This document shows, in pieces, positions 19,610-28,629 of a stretch of 64,000 bases of DNA. The stretch's first letter is position 1, and each line of letters opens with the position of its first letter. The stretch comes from an uncultured Methanosarcinales archaeon (GTDB lineage Archaea > Nanobdellota > Nanobdellia > Woesearchaeales > JASKKU01). The notes beneath the pieces are model-generated. The model had not been told where the DNA came from, made no database searches, and was given only the letters and a program-made list of their open reading frames with translations. The position numbers and the translations under genes were made by a program. The stretch is taken from the NCBI GenBank assembly GCA_964416905.1, contig CAYQFL010000002.1, positions 12,450-76,449 on the forward strand, given 5' to 3'.

Positions 19610-21642
19610 TCTGATCTAAACCTCATTTTAAATAGTGTAGGATCCTCAGATAATATTCTACTCAATTCACTCACATAACCCAAATCATCGTAAGAGCTTG
19701 GTTTTGGTAAAACCGGGATAGATATATCAAGAATGTTGTTATTATAGAGCTCATCAGCTTTTATTTCAACATTTTCAACATTGATTATTGAAACCGGATA
19801 ATTTGTTAGATTCGTTCCATTAATCTTTTTTAAACAAGCTAAAATACATTTATCGGGAATTTCTATTGTATCATTATAGAAGACAACGCTCATGATTTTG
19901 TATTTCCCCGGCACAAGCCTTGCTGTCGTCTTAAAAGTGTTTCCTCCACTAATGTTTATTACAACAAAGTATTCTGGAGCTTCTATGTTGTACATCGTGA
20001 AAATTCCTTTTTCCTTTTCTCCAAAGTTGTCAAAACCCCATTTGATTCGTTTGTCTTCCACATCTTCAAAACTATGCTCAGCTTTTCCAACACTTATATC
20101 CATTTCCTTTTCAGGATAAGCTGTAATTGTTATGCTTTCATCATTGGAAGATATTTTGGTCTCAGGTAGATAATATCCTCCAAGATGCGCCTTTATTGTA
20201 AATATGCCTTCAGGCAAAGACGTCACAAGTTCTCCATTGTAGTTCGTCTTACCTAGTCCGCAAACATCGTTAAATGCATAAAGAGAAACAGCAACTCCTT
20301 CTAAAGGTTCTCCGTCATCATCAACAACCTTTATCTTAGTCTCTCCAGACCAGAATCTTTTGTCGCAAACACTTATAGTATCGTCAAAAGCAAAGCCTGT
20401 AACTTTGCTGTCCTCTGTTAACACATCATTGTTTCTAATGTTTCCCTCTAATGCAAACCTGAAGGTATAGCCTTGACCATTTAAAGCATCCTCATCTTTA
20501 ATTTCTACAAGCAAAGGATATGAAAGATGATATATGGTTTTATACCTATTGAACCCAGCAATTCCAAGAAGGTTCATAAAAATATCCTGATCTGGGTCTG
20601 CAGGTATGAGGTTTGTTGGTAATATAACCCCTTCCTGATTTCCGAATGAAATGAAAGGTTGCCAATTTGGGTTGTAATAGAAATCTATATCTAAATCTTT
20701 AACAGCATCATCTTGAACATCCCATACTAAAAGACCCTGAAACACTTTTCTTTCCCCTTCAGCATTAATGGAAAACTCGGAGTCCTTGCTATCCTTAATT
20801 GTTATTTGATTTAGGTAGGCAGTCAACATTTCATTTATTTTTTCTCTTACTTCGCTTGCTTGCCAAACTGGAGGATTGTAATTAAACATGTCAACATCGT
20901 ACATTGGTGGAAGTTTGTTTTCATCTTTGCCCGAGTATATGGAAATCAGGTTTAGTACAGAAACTTCAAGGAATCTGCTGCTCGCTTCATATGCAGCAAT
21001 TTCGTTAGCAACTTGCCAAATCTTTTTGAATGGTAAATCCAAAGTTGTAGAATAATCTTCTCGATGAATTAATCCTTCTTCTCCAAGTTTCTCAACATCC
21101 ATAGGGAATTTTAAATCCGCTTTTACATTTTTATCTGTGATGATAACATCTACACTAGGTAAATCTTTAATATAGACATTATAATTCTCATCAAGATTCC
21201 AGTTATCTACAAAACACTTCAGAACATCTATTCGAACATATTCTTCAACCTGTTGCTCGATTTGTTCTAAGGTAGGAGCCAGCGACCCAAATCTACAATC
21301 ACTATCACAAAAATTATTATCAACCATAAAATACCAATATGCAACAGATTCGTTTTTGTTTATTGGTAAAACAAAACTGTCTGTTGGTTCTTTAGCATTT
21401 TCTTCAAAGATTTCTGTGCTTAGCCATCCTCCATTATTACCTAGTTTGTTAAAAGCATTCTGAAGGGAATTTTCTAAACAAGCGTGAATTAGATTATCAA
21501 CGGGTGCAGTTTTTGGGTTTGTAAAAACAACGTCCTTGTTTTCAAAAACCCCACCAAAATTAGTAGAGAAGAAATACATTAAAACAACACCTAAGGCTAT
21601 AATTGCAACGATAATGGGGATGGATACAGATGCTTTTTTCAT
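19606..21642 (-). CDS. membrane-anchored extracellular protein with carboxypeptidase-regulatory-like beta-sandwich domain (hypothetical)
   Basis: N-terminal TM MKKASVSIPIIVAIIALGVVLMYFF. DDDGEPLEGVAVSLYAF..GELVTSLPEGIFTIKAHLGGYY resembles a CarboxypepD_reg domain. Confidence 0.55.
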   Translation of the reverse strand: MKKASVSIPIIVAIIALGVVLMYFFSTNFGGVFENKDVVFTNPKTAPVDNLIHACLENSLQNAFNKLGNNGGWLSTEIFEENAKEPTDSFVLPINKNESVAYWYFMVDNNFCDSDCRFGSLAPTLEQIEQQVEEYVRIDVLKCFVDNWNLDENYNVYIKDLPSVDVIITDKNVKADLKFPMDVEKLGEEGLIHREDYSTTLDLPFKKIWQVANEIAAYEASSRFLEVSVLNLISIYSGKDENKLPPMYDVDMFNYNPPVWQASEVREKINEMLTAYLNQITIKDSKDSEFSINAEGERKVFQGLLVWDVQDDAVKDLDIDFYYNPNWQPFISFGNQEGVILPTNLIPADPDQDIFMNLLGIAGFNRYKTIYHLSYPLLVEIKDEDALNGQGYTFRFALEGNIRNNDVLTEDSKVTGFAFDDTISVCDKRFWSGETKIKVVDDDGEPLEGVAVSLYAFNDVCGLGKTNYNGELVTSLPEGIFTIKAHLGGYYLPETKISSNDESITITAYPEKEMDISVGKAEHSFEDVEDKRIKWGFDNFGEKEKGIFTMYNIEAPEYFVVINISGGNTFKTTARLVPGKYKIMSVVFYNDTIEIPDKCILACLKKINGTNLTNYPVSIINVENVEIKADELYNNNILDISIPVLPKPSSYDDLGYVSELSRILSEDPTLFKMRFRSE

Positions 21643-21762
21643 TTTTGTCGAACTCCCTGACTTGTTCTCTTTTTGTTACAGGGGATATTTAAAACTTTTG
21701 TTAGAATCAGTAGTGATAAGAACAGAGTATTATGAGATAAAAAATGATGAACTTTTAAAAGA

Positions 21763-21834
21763 AGCCTTCATGGGGATTTGAACCCCAGACCTGCTGCTTA
21801 CGAGGCAGCCGCTCTACCGCTGAGCTATGAAGGC
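21763..21834 (-). tRNA. tRNA-Thr (anticodon CGU)
   Basis: Reverse complement folds as GCCTTCA-TA-GCTC-AGCGGTA-GAGC-G-GCTGC-CTCGTAA-GCAGC-AGGTC-TGGGG-TTCAAAT-CCCCA-TGAAGGC-T. Confidence 0.85.
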
Positions 21835-21919
21835 ATAAGGTTTAGCAGAAAAAAGTTATATAAAAATCTTCTTATCAAACAGCAATTGTGTTAGACAAAT
21901 AAAATAAAAAACAAAAAGC

Positions 21920-23239
21920 TTAAGGGTAGTATCTTACCATGGTTCTTGGGAAGGCAATAGCGTCTTTAATATGGTCTAAGCCACAGAGCCATTTTACCAT
22001 TCGTTCTACTCCCATACCAAATCCAGAATGTGGCACTGAACCGTATTTTCTAGTATCCAAATAAAATCCGTATTGTTCAGGGTCTTCACCTTGTTCGATT
22101 AATCTTTCTTTGAGCTTTTCTAAATCCGTTTCTCTTTCTGATGCACCAATTAATTCACCATTACCCTCTGGAGCTAATAAATCAAAACCTAAAACTACTT
22201 TAGGATTCCTTGGGTCTTCTTTCATATAAAACGCTTTGATTTCCTTAGGATAATGTGTTACAATTACTGGAACGTCATACAAACTTACTAACTTTTCTTC
22301 TTCAATAGTCCTTAAATCCTTTCCCCAAGGCACTTCAAAATCAAACTTTTCTTTCAAGATTTTTAAAGCGTCATCATAAGTCATTCTAACAAAAGGTTTC
22401 TCTATCGCAGGTTTAAGCTTTGAGATGTCTCTGCCTAGAACCTCTAAATCTTCTTTGTTCTGTCCAAGGACCTTTTTTACAACATATTTTACTAAAGCTT
22501 CAGCCCTGTTTTGTAAATCCTCAAAAGTTTCCCACGCAGCTTCCATTTCAGCATGCCAATACTCTGCTAGATGCCTCGATGTTTTAGAACGTTCTGCTCT
22601 GAAACTTGGAGCTATACAGAAAATCTTTTCTAATGCGAAGATAACTGCTTCAGCATGCAACTGCCAGGTCTGAGCAAGATACATTTTCTTATCAAAATAC
22701 TTGACTTCAAATAATGTTGAACCGCCTTCACACTGCGTTGACTGAATTATTGGTGACTGAGTTTCATAAAATCCTTCAGATAAGAAATATTCCCTAATCG
22801 CTTGGAAAACTGTGCTTCTTACTTTAAGTACAGAAGTCATCTTTCTGCTTCTGAGCCAAAGATGTCTCACATCGTCAATGAAATCTCTACTTAAATCTTT
22901 AGTTATCGGGAACATCTCACTTTTTCCAATTATTTCAATATCTGATACTTGGATCTCATATCCTGTTGGCGCTTTTTCTTGCTCAGTAACCTTTCCCTTC
23001 ACACACACAGACGCTTCAACATCAATATCTTTCTTGAGTTGCTCCCATTTCTCTTGAGAAAATGAATTCTTGTCAACAATACATTGTATAATTCCTGACG
23101 AATCTCTCACGACAACGAAAGCAAAATTTTTTGTTTTTCGTTCTCTATAAACCCAACCTCTTATTTCGACATCTTCACCTAATTTTTTAGGAACATCTTT
23201 TATTTTTATGAAATCTTTCCACATTTTTCTCGACCTCAA
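21920..23239 (-). CDS. asnS: asparaginyl-tRNA synthetase (class IIb aaRS)
   Basis: N-terminal OB anticodon-binding domain. Motif 2 FRAERSKTSRHLAEYWHAEMEAAW resembles AsnRS FRAENSNTSRHLAEFWMLE more than AspRS. Motif 3 GFGMGVERMVKWL. Confidence 0.7.
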   Translation of the reverse strand: MRSRKMWKDFIKIKDVPKKLGEDVEIRGWVYRERKTKNFAFVVVRDSSGIIQCIVDKNSFSQEKWEQLKKDIDVEASVCVKGKVTEQEKAPTGYEIQVSDIEIIGKSEMFPITKDLSRDFIDDVRHLWLRSRKMTSVLKVRSTVFQAIREYFLSEGFYETQSPIIQSTQCEGGSTLFEVKYFDKKMYLAQTWQLHAEAVIFALEKIFCIAPSFRAERSKTSRHLAEYWHAEMEAAWETFEDLQNRAEALVKYVVKKVLGQNKEDLEVLGRDISKLKPAIEKPFVRMTYDDALKILKEKFDFEVPWGKDLRTIEEEKLVSLYDVPVIVTHYPKEIKAFYMKEDPRNPKVVLGFDLLAPEGNGELIGASERETDLEKLKERLIEQGEDPEQYGFYLDTRKYGSVPHSGFGMGVERMVKWLCGLDHIKDAIAFPRTMVRYYP

Positions 23240-23479
23240 ATTGATTTGTTTTTGTTTTCAGTTTAATCTGCAAAACATAAAAGTAAAACAAACACAAAAA
23301 GATTGATTGTGTTTTTAAAAGCTTGCAAATAGAACTATCGATTGTTAGAATTCGTACTTTTATTGATTATCGGGAAAACATTTATTTGAAAAAATGGAAT
23401 CACTTTAATCACACAGGTTGTAAAATTCAGGAGAGATATTTAAACTTTTCCATTAAAATATTCGTAAGCCTTCCAAAAA

Positions 23480-23845
23480 TTAGCAATTTTCATTAAATCC
23501 CATCTCAGCACAATTCTTATCAATATGCTCAATGCTTTTATGAATCCTGCAAACACTACCAGATTCTTCGAATTCCGTAATAACTCTTTTAACTAAAGCT
23601 TGCAAAGTAATCTTTTGGTTAATCAACATACTAACATATTTGTTAATAATTTCTTGTTCTTGTTTGTTGAAGACAACCTTTGATGCTCTTTTGTTTTTTA
23701 GATACTGGTTTATTGCTGCAGGCGTAAACCCCATTATCTTTGCAACATCTTTCTGTTTAAGTCCTTGTTCTAATAGTTTTTTCGCAACATACTTTCTAAT
23801 TGCAGGAACAATATAAAGATATTCAACATCAATTGAGATCATCAT
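23480..23845 (-). CDS. HTH-type transcriptional regulator with C-terminal Cys/His cluster
   Basis: Helix-turn-helix QKDVAKIMGFTPAAINQYL. C-terminal CRIHKSIEHIDKNC. Divergent from the ChlI-like ATPase gene. Confidence 0.55.
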   Translation of the reverse strand: MMISIDVEYLYIVPAIRKYVAKKLLEQGLKQKDVAKIMGFTPAAINQYLKNKRASKVVFNKQEQEIINKYVSMLINQKITLQALVKRVITEFEESGSVCRIHKSIEHIDKNCAEMGFNENC

Positions 23846-23970
23846 TTTAAATTAACAGGTGTTAATCCGAACTTAAATATCTTTCTACCTTTGTGATTAA
23901 AACATTGCAGATTCTTGTTATTAAGAGTACACCAATAGTTTTTTAAATGCCTTAACTTACAACTATTTCC

Positions 23971-24984
23971 ATGATATTTCAAGAAATAAAAGAGGCTATT
24001 TTGAATGGAGCAGATTTTGAGGATTTCTTAGGGCAAGAGAATGTGAAGATTCATTTAAAATCAGCTCTCATTTCAGGTCATCACGTTATTTTAATAGGTC
24101 CGCCAGGTGTAGGAAAAACAACTTTGGCAAAAAACGTGGCTAAACTGTTAAAGCCAATAACCGTTAACGATTGCGGTTTCAATTGTGATCCTAAAGACCC
24201 TTGGTGTCCTGTTTGTCATTCAGGTAAAAACATAAAGACTAGAGTTTTGTCTCCTGAGGAGAGATTCGTTAGAATTCAAGGTAGTCCTGATCTAACTTTT
24301 GAAGATTTAATTGGCGACATTGACCCACAGAAAGCTTTGAAACACGGCGCTTTTTCAATCGAAGCTTTTAAACCGGGCAAAATTTTCAAAGCGAACAAAG
24401 GCATACTTTTCTTTGATGAATTAAATAGATGTCCTCCCAAATTACAGAATTCTTTGCTTCAAATTCTGGAAGAGAAAAAAGCAACCATTGGTAGTTATGA
24501 ACTGGATTTGAAATCTGATTTTATCTTGATTGCAACCATGAATCCTGATGACGAAAATACAGAACCTTTATCAGATGTGTTTTTAGATAGGGTTGATGTT
24601 ATTTTTGTAGGTTATCCTGAAGATGCAGAAGTTGAAAAACAAATTGTTTTGTTGAAGGGCAAGAAGCTTATTGATGTTAAAGAAGACTTTGTTAAGATAA
24701 TTGTTGATTTCATAAGGTCTTTGCGGAGAAACGAAAATCTCGAAAAGAAACCTTCTGTTAGAGCTAGTTTGGCTTTGTATGAACGCGCTCAGGCGAACGC
24801 ATTGTTGAACAATAGAAGTGAACCGACTTTAGATGATATCTTTAATAGCCTTCTATCTGTTTTGGTGCACAGGATCAAACTAAAACCTACAGTAGATTTT
24901 CGTATGACTAATGAAGAGTTCTTAGAGAAAGAATTTAATGCTTTTATGGACAAACTTAAAAAATCAAACGGTGATTATCCGTAG
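23971..24984 (+). CDS. ChlI/BchI-like AAA+ ATPase with Cys4 insertion
   Basis: Walker A GPPGVGKTT. CGFNCDPKDPWCPVC insertion typical of the ChlI lineage. Walker B ILFFDELN. Sensor 2. Confidence 0.7.
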   Translation: MIFQEIKEAILNGADFEDFLGQENVKIHLKSALISGHHVILIGPPGVGKTTLAKNVAKLLKPITVNDCGFNCDPKDPWCPVCHSGKNIKTRVLSPEERFVRIQGSPDLTFEDLIGDIDPQKALKHGAFSIEAFKPGKIFKANKGILFFDELNRCPPKLQNSLLQILEEKKATIGSYELDLKSDFILIATMNPDDENTEPLSDVFLDRVDVIFVGYPEDAEVEKQIVLLKGKKLIDVKEDFVKIIVDFIRSLRRNENLEKKPSVRASLALYERAQANALLNNRSEPTLDDIFNSLLSVLVHRIKLKPTVDFRMTNEEFLEKEFNAFMDKLKKSNGDYP

Positions 24985-26173
24985 CATAGATTCGCAGAAA
25001 TCAACTGATATCTCAGAAAAAGAAGAACCTGAAAGATCATTCTTATCTAAGAATAATTCTGAGGAAGATAAGCTGCCTAAAGATGTTCTTTTCGATGACC
25101 AAAAAAGTGATAACGCTAAACTAATTTTTGAGGCAGCAAACCACAATTTATCGCTTTTTGTTCCTGATACAATGTTTCAGAATATTGTTAATAACTTTCG
25201 CAACGCCCGGAAGTTGTATGGTGATACTCTAATACAGCTTTTAACAGGCTTTGACCCAGATTATATTGAGCGAAATCTAAAAATCCCTGAGTTTAAGAAA
25301 ACGTTAAAGGACACTATAACTAAAAAGGTGCGTGAGCTCAAAAATGAAGATCTCTTAGATGATAATTTTAATTTAACGGACCTCGCTTACGATTTCGCAT
25401 TGTTGGAAGCATCTATTAAGGAATTGGAAAATATAAAGACGAATAGTTTTTCTTTCAGAAGAGGAAGTGTAAAATCAAAAGAGGGTTTGATAGATGATGT
25501 CGTCAAGTTTACAGGAAATTCTCTAAAAGATATTGCTATACGGAACACCATTAAGAAAGCCATTTCTCGAAATCATAAAGAGGTTTTGGTTGAAGATTTA
25601 TCGGTTTATGAACGAGTTAATGATAACAAAGTCGAGACAGTAATTTGTATAGATGCATCTTCTTCTATGAAAGGAGAGAAAATCGCAAACAGTAAAAAAG
25701 CCGCATTAACTTTAGCATATGCTTCTTTAAAGAACAAGGATTCAGTAGGTTTGCTTGTTTTTCAAGATAAAGTGCTTAATAAAATTAAGCCAAGTAGAAA
25801 CCTAAAAGAGCTTTTACCGCATATTGCACGGATACAAACTAGGAGGATGACTAACATATCTTTAGCGATTAAAGAAGCAATTCCTTTGTTTAGTAAGAAT
25901 GTTACTAAAAACCTGTTAGTTATTACTGATGCTATGCCTACTTCTGGTAAAAAGCCTTTGGATGAAACCTTAAAAGCAGCACTGCTCGCTAAAGAGAACA
26001 AAATTCATCTAGCAATTGTTGGTGTTGGCTTAAATGAGGAAACTACTGAGATCGCCAAGAAGATTATTGAAATCGCAGAAGGCACGTTGTATATGGTTAA
26101 GAATTCCCAGGACCTTGACAAAGTATTAATTGAAGAGTATTATTCCCTAAAATCTAAACGATCGTTTATTTGA
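24938..26173 (+). CDS. von Willebrand factor A (VWA) domain protein, ChlD-like partner of the upstream ATPase
   Basis: C-terminal VWA with MIDAS-like DASSSM. Overlaps the upstream gene by 47 nt, so translational coupling or a later start is likely. Confidence 0.65.
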   Translation: MLLWTNLKNQTVIIRSIDSQKSTDISEKEEPERSFLSKNNSEEDKLPKDVLFDDQKSDNAKLIFEAANHNLSLFVPDTMFQNIVNNFRNARKLYGDTLIQLLTGFDPDYIERNLKIPEFKKTLKDTITKKVRELKNEDLLDDNFNLTDLAYDFALLEASIKELENIKTNSFSFRRGSVKSKEGLIDDVVKFTGNSLKDIAIRNTIKKAISRNHKEVLVEDLSVYERVNDNKVETVICIDASSSMKGEKIANSKKAALTLAYASLKNKDSVGLLVFQDKVLNKIKPSRNLKELLPHIARIQTRRMTNISLAIKEAIPLFSKNVTKNLLVITDAMPTSGKKPLDETLKAALLAKENKIHLAIVGVGLNEETTEIAKKIIEIAEGTLYMVKNSQDLDKVLIEEYYSLKSKRSFI

Positions 26174-26496
26174 AGTTTGTGTTCTTTAATTGTGCCTTGA
26201 TTAATCTCAATTACATATTTGGCTTTCTTTTTAGAACTGTATGTTGTGAACGGTTTGAAATTCTCCTTCAAATCAACAATTCTTTTTTCAGAATCTAAAA
26301 ACACTACATCAATCGGATAAAACACAAAGAACATGTGTAGTGAGACATATTTCTCCTTTTTGAAGTCAAATATCAACGGGTTTTTTATTTTGAATGTAAA
26401 CATTAACCCTTTTGCAAGTTGCCAGATATTCGATAAATATATTACGTTCTTACTCAAAACTTCTTCCCCTTTATTTGACAGTTTTATAATTTTCAT
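26140..26496 (-). CDS. DUF192-family protein
   Basis: LAKGLMF..PL....HMFFVFYPIDVVFLDSEKRIV matches DUF192 (COG1430) conserved segments. Confidence 0.55.
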   Translation of the reverse strand: MKIIKLSNKGEEVLSKNVIYLSNIWQLAKGLMFTFKIKNPLIFDFKKEKYVSLHMFFVFYPIDVVFLDSEKRIVDLKENFKPFTTYSSKKKAKYVIEINQGTIKEHKLQINDRLDFRE

Positions 26497-26515
26497 GGTT
26501 GTTTTTCAAAACAAA

Positions 26516-26974
26516 TTAGTCTTTTTTTACAAAAGACGGATTCTGTGATAACATTAGAACAGAAGAGTCTGCTTCTTTAACTAAAACAGCTTTTCCTTTG
26601 TTGATTAGATTTTTAATATACCTGTAGAATGTAGCTTTTGAACATAAGTTTTCCTTATCAACAACGATTGATTTTAAATGGGATGTTGAAACTGGGCCTA
26701 AAGCCAATATTGCAAGAATTCTATCATAGGCAGAAATGCTTGCAACCCTATTTGTTTGTTTGTCCTGTTTTTGAGTTGGAGCTTTCTTGTTGATTAAATT
26801 CTTTATTTCTTTGATTTCAGTTAGCATTTCTTTCATAAGAAGTGTTAATTCCTTATTCTTTAAGTCAAGCTCCTTTATTTTTTGTTCTTGTTTTAAGATA
26901 TCTTCCTTTACTTTCGTGAAACTTGTTTTTACTGCTTCCTTAAATTTCTCAAACTCCATTTCTTGAAGAGGCAT
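26516..26974 (-). CDS. coiled-coil + C-terminal winged-helix DNA-binding protein (putative transcription regulator)
   Basis: N-terminal heptad coiled coil. C-terminal wHTH-like YDRILAILALGPVSTSHLKSI. Sits directly downstream of the GAGACT array. Confidence 0.5.
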   Translation of the reverse strand: MPLQEMEFEKFKEAVKTSFTKVKEDILKQEQKIKELDLKNKELTLLMKEMLTEIKEIKNLINKKAPTQKQDKQTNRVASISAYDRILAILALGPVSTSHLKSIVVDKENLCSKATFYRYIKNLINKGKAVLVKEADSSVLMLSQNPSFVKKD

Positions 26975-27015
26975 TATTTTTGGGATATCTGTTGTACTTT
27001 AAATATTTTATTACT

Positions 27016-27097
27016 GAGACTTCATCTCGTCGAGACTTAGTCTTGATGAGACTGTCTTGAGACTGGCATGAGACTAAACTGAGACTGGTTTGAGACA
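27016..27097. promoter_or_regulatory. phased array of seven GAGACT hexamers (spacing 16,16,11,11,11,11 bp) upstream of the 26974 start codon. Further GAGACT palindromes at 27160-27188.
   Basis: GAGACT/GAGACA copies at 27016, 27032, 27048, 27059, 27070, 27081, 27092. Palindromes AGACTtAGTCT (27033-27043) and GAGACTcactAGTCTC (27160-27175). AT-rich TATA-like box at about 26997-27010. Confidence 0.6.
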
Positions 27098-27288
27098 CAC
27101 CCCTCGAATTCTTTTATACGACACCCCATCATTTCCACTGGAAAAATGTATGTTTTTTTGAGACTCACTAGTCTCAGAACCTGAGACTCGAATATATTTT
27201 TGAGTCAAAATCCAATTCAGAAAAAGTTAATTTTAAAAAGGCACCTTTGTAAGAAAGTAACCATCTCAAAGTAAATACGTTTCTATCT

Positions 27289-27885
27289 TTAAAAATCTAT
27301 AATCATCCCGGCTGGACCTGGGTTGCAAAAGATAACACTTCCTTCTTTACAGAGCCTACCTTCATTTTCATGGAAATGACCTGAAAGAGCAAGTATCTTC
27401 TTATTCTTCTGCTTAGTTATGAATTTCTTGAAAGATTTATTGCCAAAATGAACACAGTCAAGTTCATCTAAGCACGAATCTTTTGGTGGTGCGTGAGTTG
27501 CTAACACAATCTTTTCGTATTTTGAGATTTCATTTCTCTTCTTTTGTACAAATCTCTCAAACTCAGGCTCTTTAAGAGAAAACCCTCCGCCACCATATCC
27601 TAAAAACAAAGTATCCTCAAAAGTGAATAGTTGTTTGTGAAGAAAGACAAGGTTGTGAGAATCTTCACATATCTCTTTCATAACTTCTTCATCATCATGG
27701 TTCCCGTGAAGCATTAAAATTATCTTGGGGATCTTTTTTAATTTCTCAATTAGTTTGATACTTACTTGTCCGAATATGCTTAAATCTCCCAAGAATACAA
27801 CAATGTCGGCTTTCTTGGATAATCTATGAACTTTGTTAAGGTACTTTATTTCATTATGAATATCGGTAAACGCAAGTATGTTCAT
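27289..27885 (-). CDS. metallophosphoesterase (calcineurin-like, YfcE/MJ0936-type)
   Basis: MNILAFTDIHNE, GDL, GNHD, GHFH motifs. Confidence 0.75.
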   Translation of the reverse strand: MNILAFTDIHNEIKYLNKVHRLSKKADIVVFLGDLSIFGQVSIKLIEKLKKIPKIILMLHGNHDDEEVMKEICEDSHNLVFLHKQLFTFEDTLFLGYGGGGFSLKEPEFERFVQKKRNEISKYEKIVLATHAPPKDSCLDELDCVHFGNKSFKKFITKQKNKKILALSGHFHENEGRLCKEGSVIFCNPGPAGMIIDF

Positions 27886-27981
27886 GTTAAATATGGCAAA
27901 AAAGCACTTCTTTATAAAATCTATGCATGTTATTAGCTTTATTTTAAGAAATAGAGGTTAAAAATAAAAACAAAAAAGATT

Positions 27982-28629
27982 TTACTCCAAGTCGAAATTT
28001 AACAAAACTCTCTCACTTCCATCAGGGAAGTTTGAACCAACATCAGATATTGCATACTGCCAATACCATTCACCGTCTTTGCTTTTAAGAGTAATAAACT
28101 CAAACTTAGCAACTTCAACATTCAATTCTTTCCTACCTAAAGCTCTTATCTTTGAGGAAAACTCTTCAAGTCTGCTTAAGATGTTGTTGATATCTTCTTC
28201 CTTAACAGTTATTTCTTTTTGATCCAAATTTAATGAACCGTTTGTTATCAAAATGATATCGCTAGAGATACCATATTTGTCTTTAAATTCATTAACAAAC
28301 TCTTTGTCTAAAGCGCCAATTACCCAACCTTTGTCACTATCTCCTTCAGCATAACATAAATCTTCAGAGCCAATTAAGCAATCAATTCTTATCTCTTTAA
28401 CAATTTGATTAATTACTGCTTTTGATTGGTTATCTGTTTCTAACTGTGTTTGATTTGAATCTTTAATCTCTGTAACATCACTAATGTTTGTTGTTTCGTT
28501 CTCTTTAATTGAATCCATTGGTTTAGGTATCATGTAAAGATATGCTAAAATTAAAACTAACAAAACAACAAGAGCAATGAACAACAACTTCCTTAATTTT
28601 TTCTTTTTAATTTTCATAGCAACACTCAC
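27982..28629 (-). CDS. membrane-anchored hypothetical protein
   Basis: N-terminal TM LFIALVVLLVLILAYLYMI. No recognisable domain. Confidence 0.45.
   Translation of the reverse strand: MSVAMKIKKKKLRKLLFIALVVLLVLILAYLYMIPKPMDSIKENETTNISDVTEIKDSNQTQLETDNQSKAVINQIVKEIRIDCLIGSEDLCYAEGDSDKGWVIGALDKEFVNEFKDKYGISSDIILITNGSLNLDQKEITVKEEDINNILSRLEEFSSKIRALGRKELNVEVAKFEFITLKSKDGEWYWQYAISDVGSNFPDGSERVLLNFDLE

Noticed and set aside
21643-21762. Possible box C/D sRNA (ATGATGA at about 21742) between the surface-protein operon and tRNA-Thr
   Set aside because: No matching D box (CTGA) or C'/D' pair at appropriate spacing on either strand.
21536-21781. 81-aa plus-strand ORF
   Set aside because: Overlaps the 5' end of the upstream surface-protein gene on the opposite strand and runs into tRNA-Thr. 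No RBS or promoter logic. Spurious.
27011-27190. Short repeated motif cluster considered as a possible CRISPR array
   Set aside because: Repeat unit is only 6 bp with 5-10 bp spacers and variable orientation. No 25-40 bp repeats or uniform spacers. No cas genes nearby. Treated as a regulatory site array instead.
27289-27885. Two metallophosphoesterase paralogs (27289..27885 and 48250..48861) considered as part of a system with the GAGACT array
   Set aside because: They are 20 kb apart, a common housekeeping family (YfcE-like), with no shared neighbours. Likely independent.
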